The notes under the pieces are model-generated. The model saw nothing but the letters and a program-made list of their open reading frames with translations, was not told the DNA's origin and did not search any database. From the IMG/VR virus record IMGVR_UViG_3300030106_006749, positions 1 to 34,424 of that record: a stretch of 34,424 nt of DNA; one strand, written 5' to 3'. Shown here piece after piece: positions 1 to 10,666 of this stretch. The stretch is from a virus. Its lineage: Duplodnaviria > Caudoviricetes. The position numbers and the translations under genes are program-made. Every line of letters begins with the position of its first letter. Position 1 is the first letter of the stretch.

Positions 1-228
1 ACTCTGCTTGTTCCTATGATAAAAGAGTATATGGAGATAGGTGTAAAAAACGATGAACACCTAATTAAACTTGCCACAGTAATACAGAGGTTAGAAATTG
101 CAGCCTCTAAGGGAGAAACAGGGGAATTCGATTTTTCTGAATTACAAGAATTATTAGAAGAGTCACAAGAGGTACAAGAAGAAGTTAAGGACGTAGAAGA
201 GCCTACAGAAAAAGAAGATGAGCTATAG
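1..228 (+). CDS. Hypothetical phage protein, 5'-truncated (frame open from base 1: TLLVPMIKEY...), acidic C-terminus
   Basis: The frame of ORF 16..228 has no stop back to base 1; its stop overlaps the start of the next gene. Confidence 0.7.
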   Translation, partial: TLLVPMIKEYMEIGVKNDEHLIKLATVIQRLEIAASKGETGEFDFSELQELLEESQEVQEEVKDVEEPTEKEDEL

Positions 229-1357
229 TTTAAATCTATTTCAAGGTTCTCATTTACCAGCAGGTAGAGAGAAACTCGAAGGAACATATGCAGCTAGAGT
301 AGTACATGTTATCTTAGATGAAGATGATGATGGATATATAGAGTTTGGTAAAAACGATTCTATCGGAATGGTATTCTTCCTTCCTATAGGAGAAGAACTT
401 AAAGAATCAGCTAAAAAAGAACCTACTAATCTGCCGTTCGCTAAACCACTAGACGGATCAACCAGAACCTACCCACTGTTAAACGAAATAGTATTAATTA
501 CTCAAGCTCCTAGCAGTATTCTTAGCGATAGAGATAAAGCTAACTACTATACTAGAGTTGTAGCTATATGGAACAATCCGAATCACAATGCATACCCAAC
601 TGGGGATACTGTAGATTTAGGGTTTGATATAGAAGAGCAAAGAGTATCTCCATTACAGCCTTTTTATGGTGATACAATAGTAGAAGGAAGACTAGGTCAA
701 ACTATAAGATTTAGTGGAGAAAAACACCCTGATAACATTTATACTGACGATAGTAATAAAAATAAACCATTTATTATTATTTCAAACGGACAAGTATTAG
801 AAAAAGACGGTAATAACTTTACAGTAGAAAATGTAAACAAAGATGATTCGTCTATTTTTCTAACCTCTGATCATTTAGTACCTTTAGAGCAGTCTAGAAC
901 TAAATATAAAGCAGCCGATATAGAACCTGTAGATGCGGGTAAATATAAAGGCAAACAGATTATACTTAATAGCGGAAGACTTTATTTTAACAGCAAAGAA
1001 GAGGATATCTTATTCTCAGCTAAAGAATCATTCGGAGTTACTGCTAAAGATATAAACTTAGACGGTCAAGAATATATTGCTCTTGATGCTAAAAAAATAC
1101 ATTTAGGTGAAAAAGCAAGATTATATGAATCACAACCTGTTATTTTAGGAGATAGTCTTGAATACTTATTAGACGATTTATTTAACTCTTTAAATAGTTT
1201 AAGTAGAGCTATGGCTAAAGCACAAGCAGGTGGAAAACCGGTAACTTCATTAATGAAAGAAGCACCTAAATTAAGAGGTATAGTAAGACAGTTAAAAAGA
1301 AGGATTAATCCAAGTGGTAAATCTGAAATAAAATCTAAAAAAACATTTACTGAGTAA
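218..1357 (+). CDS. Putative baseplate hub/central spike protein (gp5/gpV-like)
   Basis: N-terminal YPLLNEIVLI resembles the gp5/gpV OB-fold motif; GDTIVEGRLGQTIRF, short beta-repeat segment and QPVILGD resemble spike proteins; lies upstream of gp25 and gp6. Confidence 0.55.
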   Translation: MSYSLNLFQGSHLPAGREKLEGTYAARVVHVILDEDDDGYIEFGKNDSIGMVFFLPIGEELKESAKKEPTNLPFAKPLDGSTRTYPLLNEIVLITQAPSSILSDRDKANYYTRVVAIWNNPNHNAYPTGDTVDLGFDIEEQRVSPLQPFYGDTIVEGRLGQTIRFSGEKHPDNIYTDDSNKNKPFIIISNGQVLEKDGNNFTVENVNKDDSSIFLTSDHLVPLEQSRTKYKAADIEPVDAGKYKGKQIILNSGRLYFNSKEEDILFSAKESFGVTAKDINLDGQEYIALDAKKIHLGEKARLYESQPVILGDSLEYLLDDLFNSLNSLSRAMAKAQAGGKPVTSLMKEAPKLRGIVRQLKRRINPSGKSEIKSKKTFTE

Positions 1358-2178
1358 TGCCACACGGACTATTAAAAGAATTTAAAAGTAATTTAGCAGG
1401 TATAGTAGCTGCAGCACTAGGAAGATTAGAGGCTTATGCTATAGTTTACGCTACTAGAAAGGTAAATGAAATTATAAATCGATTAAGAGAGCAATGCCCA
1501 CCTCCTGCTGTATTAAACTTGCTATCAAAACAAGTGAATAATATTAGAAAAGTACTAAATAAAGTCGACAATAGGGTAGATAAGTTTGCTCAAATACCTA
1601 GAAAGTTAGATAAGCCTATAAAAGCAGGAAAAGTAGCAGTTCAAATACTATCCCACCTACCCGTACCATCAGCAATAGGTATACCACCAGGACCTGCTGG
1701 GGGTTTAATATTAGGAGTAAAAACAGGAAAGATACAAACTCTATCAAGTTTATTAGTTTGGACCAGAAAGATGGTTGAAGTATTAGAAGATGATCAAAAA
1801 GCAATTATACTATTAATTAAAGATAGTAATACTATTTTTGATCCTATAAAACAAAGATTAGATACTATTGATAGGCTTCTACAAAGATGTGCTGAGAACC
1901 CTGACTTATCAGCAGAAGATAGAGATAAGATACTTGAAGGATTGAACGTACCAAGGAAAGGTAATATTCAACCTACCTCATATAGAAGTCAAAATGGTAG
2001 AGTTTATAATATAGAGGTTATACAAGACGAAAACTCACCAGCAATAGCTCCTAAAAGGAAAGCTATAGCTAAAGACTTTAGGGGAATAGTAGTTTTAAGA
2101 GGAGAATCTTCTTTTGCTAGCGACCCTCAAGTACTAATTGACGAATTAAAATTAAGAATTGACAACCAACTTCCATAA
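1357..2178 (+). CDS. Hypothetical phage protein (mostly helical), in baseplate cluster
   Basis: 273-aa ORF, TAATG stop/start coupling with the upstream gene. Confidence 0.75.
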   Translation: MPHGLLKEFKSNLAGIVAAALGRLEAYAIVYATRKVNEIINRLREQCPPPAVLNLLSKQVNNIRKVLNKVDNRVDKFAQIPRKLDKPIKAGKVAVQILSHLPVPSAIGIPPGPAGGLILGVKTGKIQTLSSLLVWTRKMVEVLEDDQKAIILLIKDSNTIFDPIKQRLDTIDRLLQRCAENPDLSAEDRDKILEGLNVPRKGNIQPTSYRSQNGRVYNIEVIQDENSPAIAPKRKAIAKDFRGIVVLRGESSFASDPQVLIDELKLRIDNQLP

Positions 2179-2184
2179 CTTAAC

Positions 2185-2192
2185 TATTTATT
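2185..2192 (+). promoter_or_regulatory. Putative late-promoter motif variant (TATTTATT)
   Basis: One mismatch to the TATTTATA motif found in other intergenic gaps; very close to the ATG at 2196. Confidence 0.35.
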
Positions 2193-2195
2193 AAT

Positions 2196-2648
2196 ATGAA
2201 AGCTAATGAACTTAGAAAACTTATAAGAGAAGAAGTAAAGAAAGCAGTTAAAGAAGAGTTACAAGATATGCTAAATGAAGCAGTAAAATTTGCTAGTACT
2301 CCTAATAAAACTGGTGTAGGTAATTCCTACAGGCCAATAACTCAAAAAGATATAAAGAGAACATGGTCTACTGGTCCTCTTAACCCTGGAACTATTCCTT
2401 TAGAGGAAATGCTGCAACAAACAGCTAAAACGATGAGCAATGAAGACTATCAGAACGTAGTTTCATCTGATTCATCTATGGTTAAGAAACCTAACTTTGC
2501 TAGCTCTATGGCTAATAATATGGGAATGACAGAAAGCTCAGGACCTAAAGCCGGTATTGACATCAGTAAACTTGACTTTGTAAAAAATGCAAAAGCAGTA
2601 CTAGATGCATCTTTAGAAAAAGATAAACAGAAATTTGGTAAATTATAA
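2196..2648 (+). CDS. Hypothetical protein with LIREE/LNE N-terminal leader (possible head-associated protein)
   Basis: MKANELRKLIREEVKKAVKEELQDMLNEA; 150-aa ORF. Confidence 0.7.
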   Translation: MKANELRKLIREEVKKAVKEELQDMLNEAVKFASTPNKTGVGNSYRPITQKDIKRTWSTGPLNPGTIPLEEMLQQTAKTMSNEDYQNVVSSDSSMVKKPNFASSMANNMGMTESSGPKAGIDISKLDFVKNAKAVLDASLEKDKQKFGKL

Positions 2649-2650
2649 TA

Positions 2651-3061
2651 ATGGCGTTCGAAATAAAAAAAATTAATCCTTTAGATTTAAAGCCTAGTAA
2701 GGGTGTAGGAGTAGCACTACCTTTTTCAGGTAGAGCAGTATTCAATACTACATACCAAACTAAAGATGCAGTAAAATCTAATTTAATTAATTATTTTTTA
2801 ACCGGTAAAGGAGAACGCTATTTTAATCCTTCTTTTGGAGCCGGATTAAGAAATTTACTATTTAATAATATAAACGAATCAACTTTAGATGAAATCAGAA
2901 CTAATATCTTAGATGATTTAGATAAGTTTTTTCCAAGAGTAGAGGTTACAAGTTTACAACTCATACCTGAACCAGATCAAAACCTAATTGTTTTTAGTAT
3001 GAGATATGCAATAGCAGATTCAAATATATCTGATGAAGTCGTAATAAATTTTAACAAGTAA
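2651..3061 (+). CDS. gp25: Baseplate wedge subunit, T4 gp25/GPW family
   Basis: NLINYFLTGKGERYFNPSFGAGLRNLLF and FFPRV match the gp25 family pattern; 136 aa; directly precedes gp6. Confidence 0.92.
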   Translation: MAFEIKKINPLDLKPSKGVGVALPFSGRAVFNTTYQTKDAVKSNLINYFLTGKGERYFNPSFGAGLRNLLFNNINESTLDEIRTNILDDLDKFFPRVEVTSLQLIPEPDQNLIVFSMRYAIADSNISDEVVINFNK

Positions 3062-4869
3062 TGGCACAAGAAAGAATAGTAAAATATATAAATAAAAACT
3101 TTGATGATTTTAGATCTCAACTTGTAGAATACGCTAAAAGTTATTTTCCTGATACGTATAATGATTTTGACTCTACATCACCTGGAATGATGTTCATAGA
3201 AATGGCTTCTTATGTAGGAGACGTTTTGTCTTTTTATCAAGATACACAGCTGCAGGAAACATTTTTAACATATGCTAAAGATCCAAAAAACTTATTTAAC
3301 CTTGCTTATATGATGGGGTATACTCCAAAAGTTACAGGAGTATCTGAAGTAGAACTAACTATATCACAAACAGTAGCAGCCAATGGATCTTACCTTCCTA
3401 CATGGAACGATGCTGCTGCAATACCAGCTAATTCAGTAGTAAAAGCATCTGATACCTCTGGCACTAGCTTTATTATACAAGATCCTATAGACTTTCAATT
3501 TAGCAGCTCATATAGTCCTACAGTAGTAGAAATAGCTACTTTAGATGGTTCTAATAATCCAGCTACTTTTAAGCTAACTAAAAGAGTAAAAGCATTTTCA
3601 GGAGAAATAAAAACAAAATCATTTTCAGTAAGTAATGCTGAAAAATTTAAAACATTAACTATATCTGACGATAATATAGTACAGGTATTAGAGATTACGG
3701 GAAGCACAACAGGAGATAGTTACTTTGAAGTACCTTTCTTAGGTCAAGATACTATTTTTGATGATGTAGCTAACGGAGGTTCTGACTCTGATTCAGTACC
3801 GTATGTATTATCATTGAAAAAAGCACCTAAAAGATTTGTAGCTAGATTTAGATCGAACGGTAACTTAGACTTACAGTTTGGAGCAGGAACATCTGATAGT
3901 GATGATTCTGTTATTTTACCCGATCCTACTAACGTTGGTAGTGGTACTAATCAAGGTATTAACAGAATAGATTATGCTTATGATCCTTCTAACTTTACTT
4001 TTAGTAAAGCATATGGGGTAGCTTTAAATGAAGGTGTAACAGTAAAATATATAAAAGGTGGAGGAGTAAGTGCAAATGTACCTGCAGGGACGATTACTAA
4101 TAAAAATTCAATAACTCCTTCTAGGGGTACTTTAGCCTCGCTTTCAATAACTAATGAAAGACCTGCAGCAGGAGGTAGAGACGGAGACTCGGTAGAGGAG
4201 TTGAGAGAAAATGCTTTAAGGTCTTTTAATGAGCAAAGTAGAGCAGTAACTCTTCAAGATTACACAGTTAGAGCTTTATCGCTACCATCTAAGTTTGGTA
4301 GTATGGCTAAAGTATATGCTACTCAAGATGAATTAACCAATACTAATACTACTGACGCTATAGTTGATAATAATCCACTAGCACTATCCCTTTACGTTTT
4401 AGCTTATAATAACGATAAAAACTTAATCACAGCAACAGCTACTTTAAAGAGTAACTTAAAAACTTATTTAGCTGAATATATGATGATATCAGATAGTTTA
4501 AATATAAAAGATGCTTTTGTTGTAAATATCGGAATAAATTACGATATTATAGTAAGACCTAATTACGCAGGTCGAGATGTATTATTAAACTGTAACGTAG
4601 CATTACAGGATTATTTTAATATAGATAAAAGAAATATAAATCAAACTATTAATATATCAGAACTTTACCTTTTACTAGATAAAATAAAAGGAGTACAAAC
4701 AGTTCAAAATATAGAAATAGTAAATAAAAACGGAGGTAATTATTCTCAATACGGATATGACATTAAAGGAGCTACTAGAAATAGTATAGTTTACCCTTCT
4801 TATGATCCATGTATTTTTGAGGTTAAGTTTCCTAACGCAGATATTAAAGGTAGAGTAATAACAAGATAA
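3061..4869 (+). CDS. gp6: Baseplate wedge subunit, T4 gp6 / baseplate J-like
   Basis: NFDDFRSQL, GDVLSFYQD, LAYMMGY, LQFGAG and GGRDGDSVEELRENA...RAVTLQDY are typical gp6 motifs. Confidence 0.92.
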   Translation: MAQERIVKYINKNFDDFRSQLVEYAKSYFPDTYNDFDSTSPGMMFIEMASYVGDVLSFYQDTQLQETFLTYAKDPKNLFNLAYMMGYTPKVTGVSEVELTISQTVAANGSYLPTWNDAAAIPANSVVKASDTSGTSFIIQDPIDFQFSSSYSPTVVEIATLDGSNNPATFKLTKRVKAFSGEIKTKSFSVSNAEKFKTLTISDDNIVQVLEITGSTTGDSYFEVPFLGQDTIFDDVANGGSDSDSVPYVLSLKKAPKRFVARFRSNGNLDLQFGAGTSDSDDSVILPDPTNVGSGTNQGINRIDYAYDPSNFTFSKAYGVALNEGVTVKYIKGGGVSANVPAGTITNKNSITPSRGTLASLSITNERPAAGGRDGDSVEELRENALRSFNEQSRAVTLQDYTVRALSLPSKFGSMAKVYATQDELTNTNTTDAIVDNNPLALSLYVLAYNNDKNLITATATLKSNLKTYLAEYMMISDSLNIKDAFVVNIGINYDIIVRPNYAGRDVLLNCNVALQDYFNIDKRNINQTINISELYLLLDKIKGVQTVQNIEIVNKNGGNYSQYGYDIKGATRNSIVYPSYDPCIFEVKFPNADIKGRVITR

Positions 4870-4870
4870 G

Positions 4871-6001
4871 ATGGCAGTATATAAAATATTCCCCGAACAA
4901 GATACTTTTATCTTTACTCAAGTAGTAACCGCTAACGCTGGTTACGATGAGATATTAGAGATAGGTGGTTATAATATACAAAATATAGGACAGAGTTCTA
5001 GATCATTAATTCAATTTAAAACTAGTGAAATAACAAACACAGTTAATAGAACTATTGCTACAGGCTCATGGAGCGCTAGCCTTGATTTAAAATTAGCTTC
5101 AGGCTATGAAAATCCTGCTACTCAATCTATATATGTTTATCCTTTAGCTCAACAATGGGAAGGAGGAGTAGGTAAATTTGGAGACGAATTAGGAGCTTCT
5201 TTAACTACTTCAAGTGCTGATAAATCAGGATGTTCGTGGAGATATAGAAAAGCTGAAGAAACCGATGCTTGGACTTTATCTAGCTTTCCAGCAGGAGTAA
5301 CAGGTTCTTATAACGCTACTTACCCCGGCGGTGGTAGTTGGTTTTCTGCTTCTAGTGGTACAAGTTTAGAAGCTACTCAAAGCTTTGGACTTAATGATCA
5401 ATTAGATTTAAGCGTAGATATTACTACTGCAGCTAAATTACACTATTCAGGTACTTTAAATAACTACGGCTATATAGTTAAGCTTCAAGATAACCTAGAG
5501 TTTAATCTATCAGCTTCTTTATTAAATAAGTATTATAGCAGCAATACAAATACCATATACCCTCCTTCATTAACTTTTAAGTGGGACGATAGTGCTTATA
5601 GTACTGGGAGCTTAACTTTACTATCTTCATCAGAAGCTATAGTCCAAGTATCTAATAATAAAGGAGAATACCCAGATGTAGGAAAAGCTAGATTTAGGTT
5701 ATTAGCTAGACCTATAGCACCTCCTAGAATATTTACCACAGGATCGATCTATAAAACTAATTATGCATTACCATCAGGTTCTTATTACGGACTACAAGAC
5801 GCATATACTGAAGAGATGGAAATACCATTCGATACGTCTTTTACTAAAATAAGCTGTGACTCAACAGGACCGTTTTTCGATGTACATATGAATGGATTAC
5901 AACCTGAAAGGTATTATAAAATATTAATTAAAAGCACATTAGATGGAACTACAGCAGTTTTTGATAATGATAATGTATTTAAGGTAGTTAGAAATGGCTA
6001 A
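4871..6001 (+). CDS. Virion structural protein with a DNRLRE-like N-terminal domain
   Basis: DTFIF...NAG..EILEIG...SRSLIQF pattern; beta-rich; baseplate context. Confidence 0.5.
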   Translation: MAVYKIFPEQDTFIFTQVVTANAGYDEILEIGGYNIQNIGQSSRSLIQFKTSEITNTVNRTIATGSWSASLDLKLASGYENPATQSIYVYPLAQQWEGGVGKFGDELGASLTTSSADKSGCSWRYRKAEETDAWTLSSFPAGVTGSYNATYPGGGSWFSASSGTSLEATQSFGLNDQLDLSVDITTAAKLHYSGTLNNYGYIVKLQDNLEFNLSASLLNKYYSSNTNTIYPPSLTFKWDDSAYSTGSLTLLSSSEAIVQVSNNKGEYPDVGKARFRLLARPIAPPRIFTTGSIYKTNYALPSGSYYGLQDAYTEEMEIPFDTSFTKISCDSTGPFFDVHMNGLQPERYYKILIKSTLDGTTAVFDNDNVFKVVRNG

Positions 6002-6356
6002 AAAGTACGATATAAGAATACAGAAAACAGTTTTAAATAAAGGTGAATTCGACAGAGCAGTTGATACATCTTTTAAAACGTTTGTAGATCCTCCATCTGA
6101 ATTGGATGAGATAACTATACCTGAGTTTTTTAATCTATATGAGAAACTATATTACGATATACCGGTAGACGGAGAAGTAAACTCTCATGAATTTTTAGTA
6201 ATCGAAAGCGGTAAATTAGTAAACTTAGAACAAGATACTACTGAGATACAGCCTTTATTAGACGAAATAACTACTTTGAGAGAAAGGATATTAGATCTAA
6301 ATAACGATATAATAGAGTTACAAACTGATAACTTAACAAACGATGCCACAGACTAA
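5994..6356 (+). CDS. Hypothetical structural protein with C-terminal coiled coil
   Basis: LLDEITTLRERILDLNNDIIEL heptads; overlaps both neighbours. Confidence 0.7.
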   Translation: MAKKYDIRIQKTVLNKGEFDRAVDTSFKTFVDPPSELDEITIPEFFNLYEKLYYDIPVDGEVNSHEFLVIESGKLVNLEQDTTEIQPLLDEITTLRERILDLNNDIIELQTDNLTNDATD

Positions 6357-9300
6357 TTATACAGTTAACCTTATAAACCCAGAAGGGTTAGAAACGTTTT
6401 CTGCTAAAGATAAAGAAATAGTAGATTCGTTTACTATAAATTCTGAGTTCAAGGCATTCCAAAATAGAATAGAGTACCATGTATATAGCTTAGATGGAGA
6501 AATATTACTATCTGATTATGGGTATAACGCACAATCATACTTAGGTTCAAGTCAAAGAGACCCTGATGGTAATATACTTGAGATGACTATAGACCCTGTA
6601 CAGGATATACAGAACTATGGCTTTCCCTCAGGTGATGTAAAAGTAGTTTATAACTTTATAGATGACCTTTATACTGAGAATAAAAAAGCAGTTCAGTTTT
6701 TTATAGAAGAAATATCAGAAGATAGAACAGAATTAAGACTTCTTACTAATCAAATACCTGACGGTAAAGTAGTAGAAGTGACTGAAGAAATAAAAAAGGA
6801 ATTAGAAACTACCTCTTACCTTAACGATTTTAGAATTAACCCAGGTAACAACGACTTACTTATAGGTATAAATATAGATTTACAAGAGTATAGAGATTTC
6901 AACTCAGTAGTAGTAAAACTATATGAACCGCTACCTGAACAGTATGGATTAAAGCAAGTATTAACAGTAGATAGAATAGTATCTGATTCTTTAGGTTATG
7001 AAATATTAGGAGAAACAATACCTGACGATATAGTTATACCCTACCTTAAAGGACCTAACTACAACGTAGAAGATATTAAAGGTACTACCGTTCCTACTCC
7101 TTATTTTAATTATAACGAATTATTTTCATTTCCTACCAATCAGACATATAGACAATTAAACTCTCTATTTGCTGAAAAAAGTATTGAGCTTAGTGTTGAT
7201 TATACTAATTTTTCAAATTATATACAGTTTAGTTCTGCTAAAGAAAGATTAGAAAACTTCCAATATAAGCTAAACTTAATTACATCCTACCAGACTTCTT
7301 ATTCTGCCTCTCTTAATGCTAATAACAACGCAGCAGGTGTAACGGGTAGTTTAGATTACTTTAAAACTAGAATAGATAATATTCTAAAAAACTTTGACCA
7401 TTACGATAGACATTTATATTTTGGTACTGGCTCCTATTCTTGGCCTAAACAAGCACCTTATAATATACCTTATATAGTAGCTACAGGATCTGCTACAGCT
7501 TCGGTATCTAATTTAATAGAAAGTGCTAGCTTATACGACGATACTAATAATTCTAGATTAGTTAATACTATACCTGAATTTTTAAAAGAAGACGATAATA
7601 ATGCTAAGTACTTATTATTTACCGATATGATTGGTCAACACTTTGATAACTTATGGGTTTACACAAAAGCATTATCAGATAAGTACGATAACGATAATAG
7701 ACCGAATAGAGGTATACCTAAAGGGTTAGTAGAAGAAGTATTAAGAAACTTTGGAGTAAAACTATACTCAAGTAATAAGTCGATAGAAAACTTATTTGCT
7801 AATTATACTGGAGAATTTTATCAAACAGGCTCTGAAAGCTTAAAAGCAACCGGTTCTTGGGGGGAAGGGGTATATTTAATAAGTGCATCTAACTCTCCTA
7901 CATCTGAAGATCTTTATAGGAAAGAAATATATAAAAGAATATATCATAACTTACCGTTACTTCTTAAGTCTAAAGGTACTGAAAGAGGGGTACGAGCACT
8001 AATTAATACTTTCGGTATACCTTCGTTAAATACAAGCGGTTCCATGGGAGGCTTATTAGTAAGAACTTATGGAGGGACATATACTTCTGCTAGTATAAAC
8101 TTAGGTTTAGACTTTCCTACTACCTCTTCATTAGCTAAAATAAAATTAGATAATACCGGTAGCACAACCTCCGGCAATACTCTATCCCAGTATTCTTCTA
8201 TAGTACAAAGAGACGGTATTTACGATAAGTACAGCGACGATATACATACAGTAGATATAGGGTATTCACCTATAGATGTAATTAATGAAAGAATATTTAA
8301 TTTTTATAGTAAAAGCGGAAGCTTTAATATAGATAACTTTATAGGAGATCCTAACGCTGCATATTCAAGTAGCTATTACCACTTAAACTCAGCTTCTTTT
8401 CAAGCTATGACCCATATTATTTCAGGTTCAGAAGCTCATCCTACTGGAAGTGATGATTACGGAGACTTTGTTAGAATATTAAAGTTTTTTGATAACGTAT
8501 TATTTAAAAGTATAAAAGACTTTATACCTGCAAGATCTAACATTAATACAGGTATTATACTTAAACCTCACGTACTTAATAGAAGTAAAATAAAACAGGT
8601 ACAAGCTACAGGTAATCAACCGAAGGTTAGTTCAACTAGTCTCTATGGAAATAATATGCAGATTACTGGTTCACTTGAAATCTTACAATTAACTGGTAGC
8701 TCTGGAGGCTCTTTCGGTAATATTAGTTTAGAACAAGTTATTCCTTTAACTGCTAGCTATACTGAAAGCGTGATGACACCAGACGGATTAAGAACTAAAA
8801 CTTATCATAATCATGAAGAAGCAAGATATGACGGAGAACTCACCGGAAGTTTAATTAGACCAGTAGTAGTACCGGGTGAACTAAATGATGAAAATATTTT
8901 TAAATATGAAAACCCTAACATAATTCAATACAAAGTTATAGAGTTTGATGATATGTTACCACCGGCTTCACCTACACCTACTCCTACAATGACGTTGTCA
9001 CCTACTCCTACTCCTACTGTAGCAGTACCATCGCCTACTCCTACTAATACTCCTACAGTTACTCCAACACCAACCCCAGCTATATTTGCTTATGTAGGTA
9101 CAGTTTACTATACAGGAGCAGGTCAATGCTCTACAAACTCCAGTCCAGCATACGTACACGCTACTGAGGCCTGTGATGGAGTATTAGGAGAAGGTGATAT
9201 ATGTTTAGCTACTAATAGATACTTTGATGTAGATACCTATAATACTGGTATCAATAACTGTAACGGAAACTCCGAAGGTACTTACAGGTTTAAACCATCT

Positions 9301-9402
9301 AGTATAAATCCTGTTCTTACATCAGAAAATGTTGTTTGGAGGTTTAAATCAATAAATGGTAGGTTCTCTACATCATGTTTAGGTAGCTTTAATAACTGTT
9401 AA
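6343..9402 (+). CDS. Large baseplate wedge protein (gp7/tail protein I-like) with Thr-Pro linker and Cys-containing C-terminal domain
   Basis: IPEFL...MIGQHFDNLW and LLKSKGTERGVRALINTFG resemble the gp7/gpI KGT motif; PTPT linker near 8965-9080. Confidence 0.6.
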   Translation: MPQTNYTVNLINPEGLETFSAKDKEIVDSFTINSEFKAFQNRIEYHVYSLDGEILLSDYGYNAQSYLGSSQRDPDGNILEMTIDPVQDIQNYGFPSGDVKVVYNFIDDLYTENKKAVQFFIEEISEDRTELRLLTNQIPDGKVVEVTEEIKKELETTSYLNDFRINPGNNDLLIGINIDLQEYRDFNSVVVKLYEPLPEQYGLKQVLTVDRIVSDSLGYEILGETIPDDIVIPYLKGPNYNVEDIKGTTVPTPYFNYNELFSFPTNQTYRQLNSLFAEKSIELSVDYTNFSNYIQFSSAKERLENFQYKLNLITSYQTSYSASLNANNNAAGVTGSLDYFKTRIDNILKNFDHYDRHLYFGTGSYSWPKQAPYNIPYIVATGSATASVSNLIESASLYDDTNNSRLVNTIPEFLKEDDNNAKYLLFTDMIGQHFDNLWVYTKALSDKYDNDNRPNRGIPKGLVEEVLRNFGVKLYSSNKSIENLFANYTGEFYQTGSESLKATGSWGEGVYLISASNSPTSEDLYRKEIYKRIYHNLPLLLKSKGTERGVRALINTFGIPSLNTSGSMGGLLVRTYGGTYTSASINLGLDFPTTSSLAKIKLDNTGSTTSGNTLSQYSSIVQRDGIYDKYSDDIHTVDIGYSPIDVINERIFNFYSKSGSFNIDNFIGDPNAAYSSSYYHLNSASFQAMTHIISGSEAHPTGSDDYGDFVRILKFFDNVLFKSIKDFIPARSNINTGIILKPHVLNRSKIKQVQATGNQPKVSSTSLYGNNMQITGSLEILQLTGSSGGSFGNISLEQVIPLTASYTESVMTPDGLRTKTYHNHEEARYDGELTGSLIRPVVVPGELNDENIFKYENPNIIQYKVIEFDDMLPPASPTPTPTMTLSPTPTPTVAVPSPTPTNTPTVTPTPTPAIFAYVGTVYYTGAGQCSTNSSPAYVHATEACDGVLGEGDICLATNRYFDVDTYNTGINNCNGNSEGTYRFKPSSINPVLTSENVVWRFKSINGRFSTSCLGSFNNC

Positions 9403-9410
9403 AAAAAGAT

Positions 9411-10622
9411 ATGGCGAATACAACAACAGCAGATTTTATTATAACTAACCCAGGAACAGCTGGGGTAAGATTTTTATTCGGTACAGGTAGTAACCAAGGT
9501 AAAGTACAGGGACTTACTGTTAGTACTACTGATTGTAATCAAACTAATTATGCTGCTGAATTTGAACAGCTAGAAGTATTTAATATTTTAAACACCGCTT
9601 TTCCTATAGCTAGTAGACAAGCTCAAACTAACCATTATTATTTTGAAATTCATGCACCAGTTGCATTCAATACAGGATCTACTACTACTCCAACTGTTTG
9701 TAAAGATACTTCGTTCGTACCTTCAACCGTAGTAGATTTTACTAATAATGTTTATAACGTAACATTTAATAGCGATCAAGAGCTAAGAACCTCTCAATAC
9801 CAGTTTTTAGTAGATAGTAATAACTCTGGTTCAAGTCCAAGACCTGCTAATGTAAGAAGTATTTTAAATGATACAGCAGTAACTGCATCAGTACAAGATT
9901 CTAATTACTCATCTTTATCGGTTATTAGTGGAAGGTATACAGGTACTAAAACTGATACCGCAGATTATGGAATAGAACCTGCATTTGGTGCTGAAGTAAA
10001 AGTAGGAGCTCTTTATGATATTAACGTAACTTCACAGTCTATCTGTACTACATCTGAAACTGATAGGATATTAGTAGACTATTATTTTGTAAATAATATA
10101 AACCCTAATATTAGATCTAACTTTGTTCCTAGTGGTTCATTTCAACTAGATACTCCTAACGTAAGATATCAAACTATAACGAAAGGTCAAACACTTACAC
10201 AAACAGCAGGTACTGCAGGTACAGAAGTATACATAAGCGGAGAAACTTCATCGTTTGGATTAGTATCAGGAGATTATATACAAATTTTTAAGTCACCTGC
10301 TGGTACTGGTGGTAGTGAACCTCAAGAAGAGTTTATGAGAATAGAATCTTTACATCAAAAACCAGGAGTTTCAGGCATAAACGCTGTAATATCAGCATCA
10401 GTTAAACGAAATGCTATAAGTAGTGTTTTTGATAGTACTATGACATTTACCGGTAACAGTCCACATAGAGTTCGTCAAGTAAGTGGTGACAAAATATACA
10501 GTGTTGATAAAAACAAACTATTTAAAATAACACAGAAAAAATTATACAATAGAGATACTGAAGAAGTATTTTATGTCGGAGAAGAAGGTTATATTCTATT
10601 TACTTTCGGCAGTTGTAACTAA
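9411..10622 (+). CDS. Hypothetical virion structural protein (Ser/Thr-rich, beta-rich)
   Basis: 403-aa ORF within the tail module. Confidence 0.7.
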   Translation: MANTTTADFIITNPGTAGVRFLFGTGSNQGKVQGLTVSTTDCNQTNYAAEFEQLEVFNILNTAFPIASRQAQTNHYYFEIHAPVAFNTGSTTTPTVCKDTSFVPSTVVDFTNNVYNVTFNSDQELRTSQYQFLVDSNNSGSSPRPANVRSILNDTAVTASVQDSNYSSLSVISGRYTGTKTDTADYGIEPAFGAEVKVGALYDINVTSQSICTTSETDRILVDYYFVNNINPNIRSNFVPSGSFQLDTPNVRYQTITKGQTLTQTAGTAGTEVYISGETSSFGLVSGDYIQIFKSPAGTGGSEPQEEFMRIESLHQKPGVSGINAVISASVKRNAISSVFDSTMTFTGNSPHRVRQVSGDKIYSVDKNKLFKITQKKLYNRDTEEVFYVGEEGYILFTFGSCN

Positions 10623-10637
10623 TAAAAGTTTAAATTA

Positions 10638-10654
10638 ATATATTTATATAAAAG
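10638..10654 (+). promoter_or_regulatory. Putative late promoter ATATATTTATATAAAAG (core TATTTATA)
   Basis: Identical 17-mer at 26780-26796; both are intergenic and just upstream of an ATG. Confidence 0.6.
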
Positions 10655-10666
10655 AATAAAACAAAA

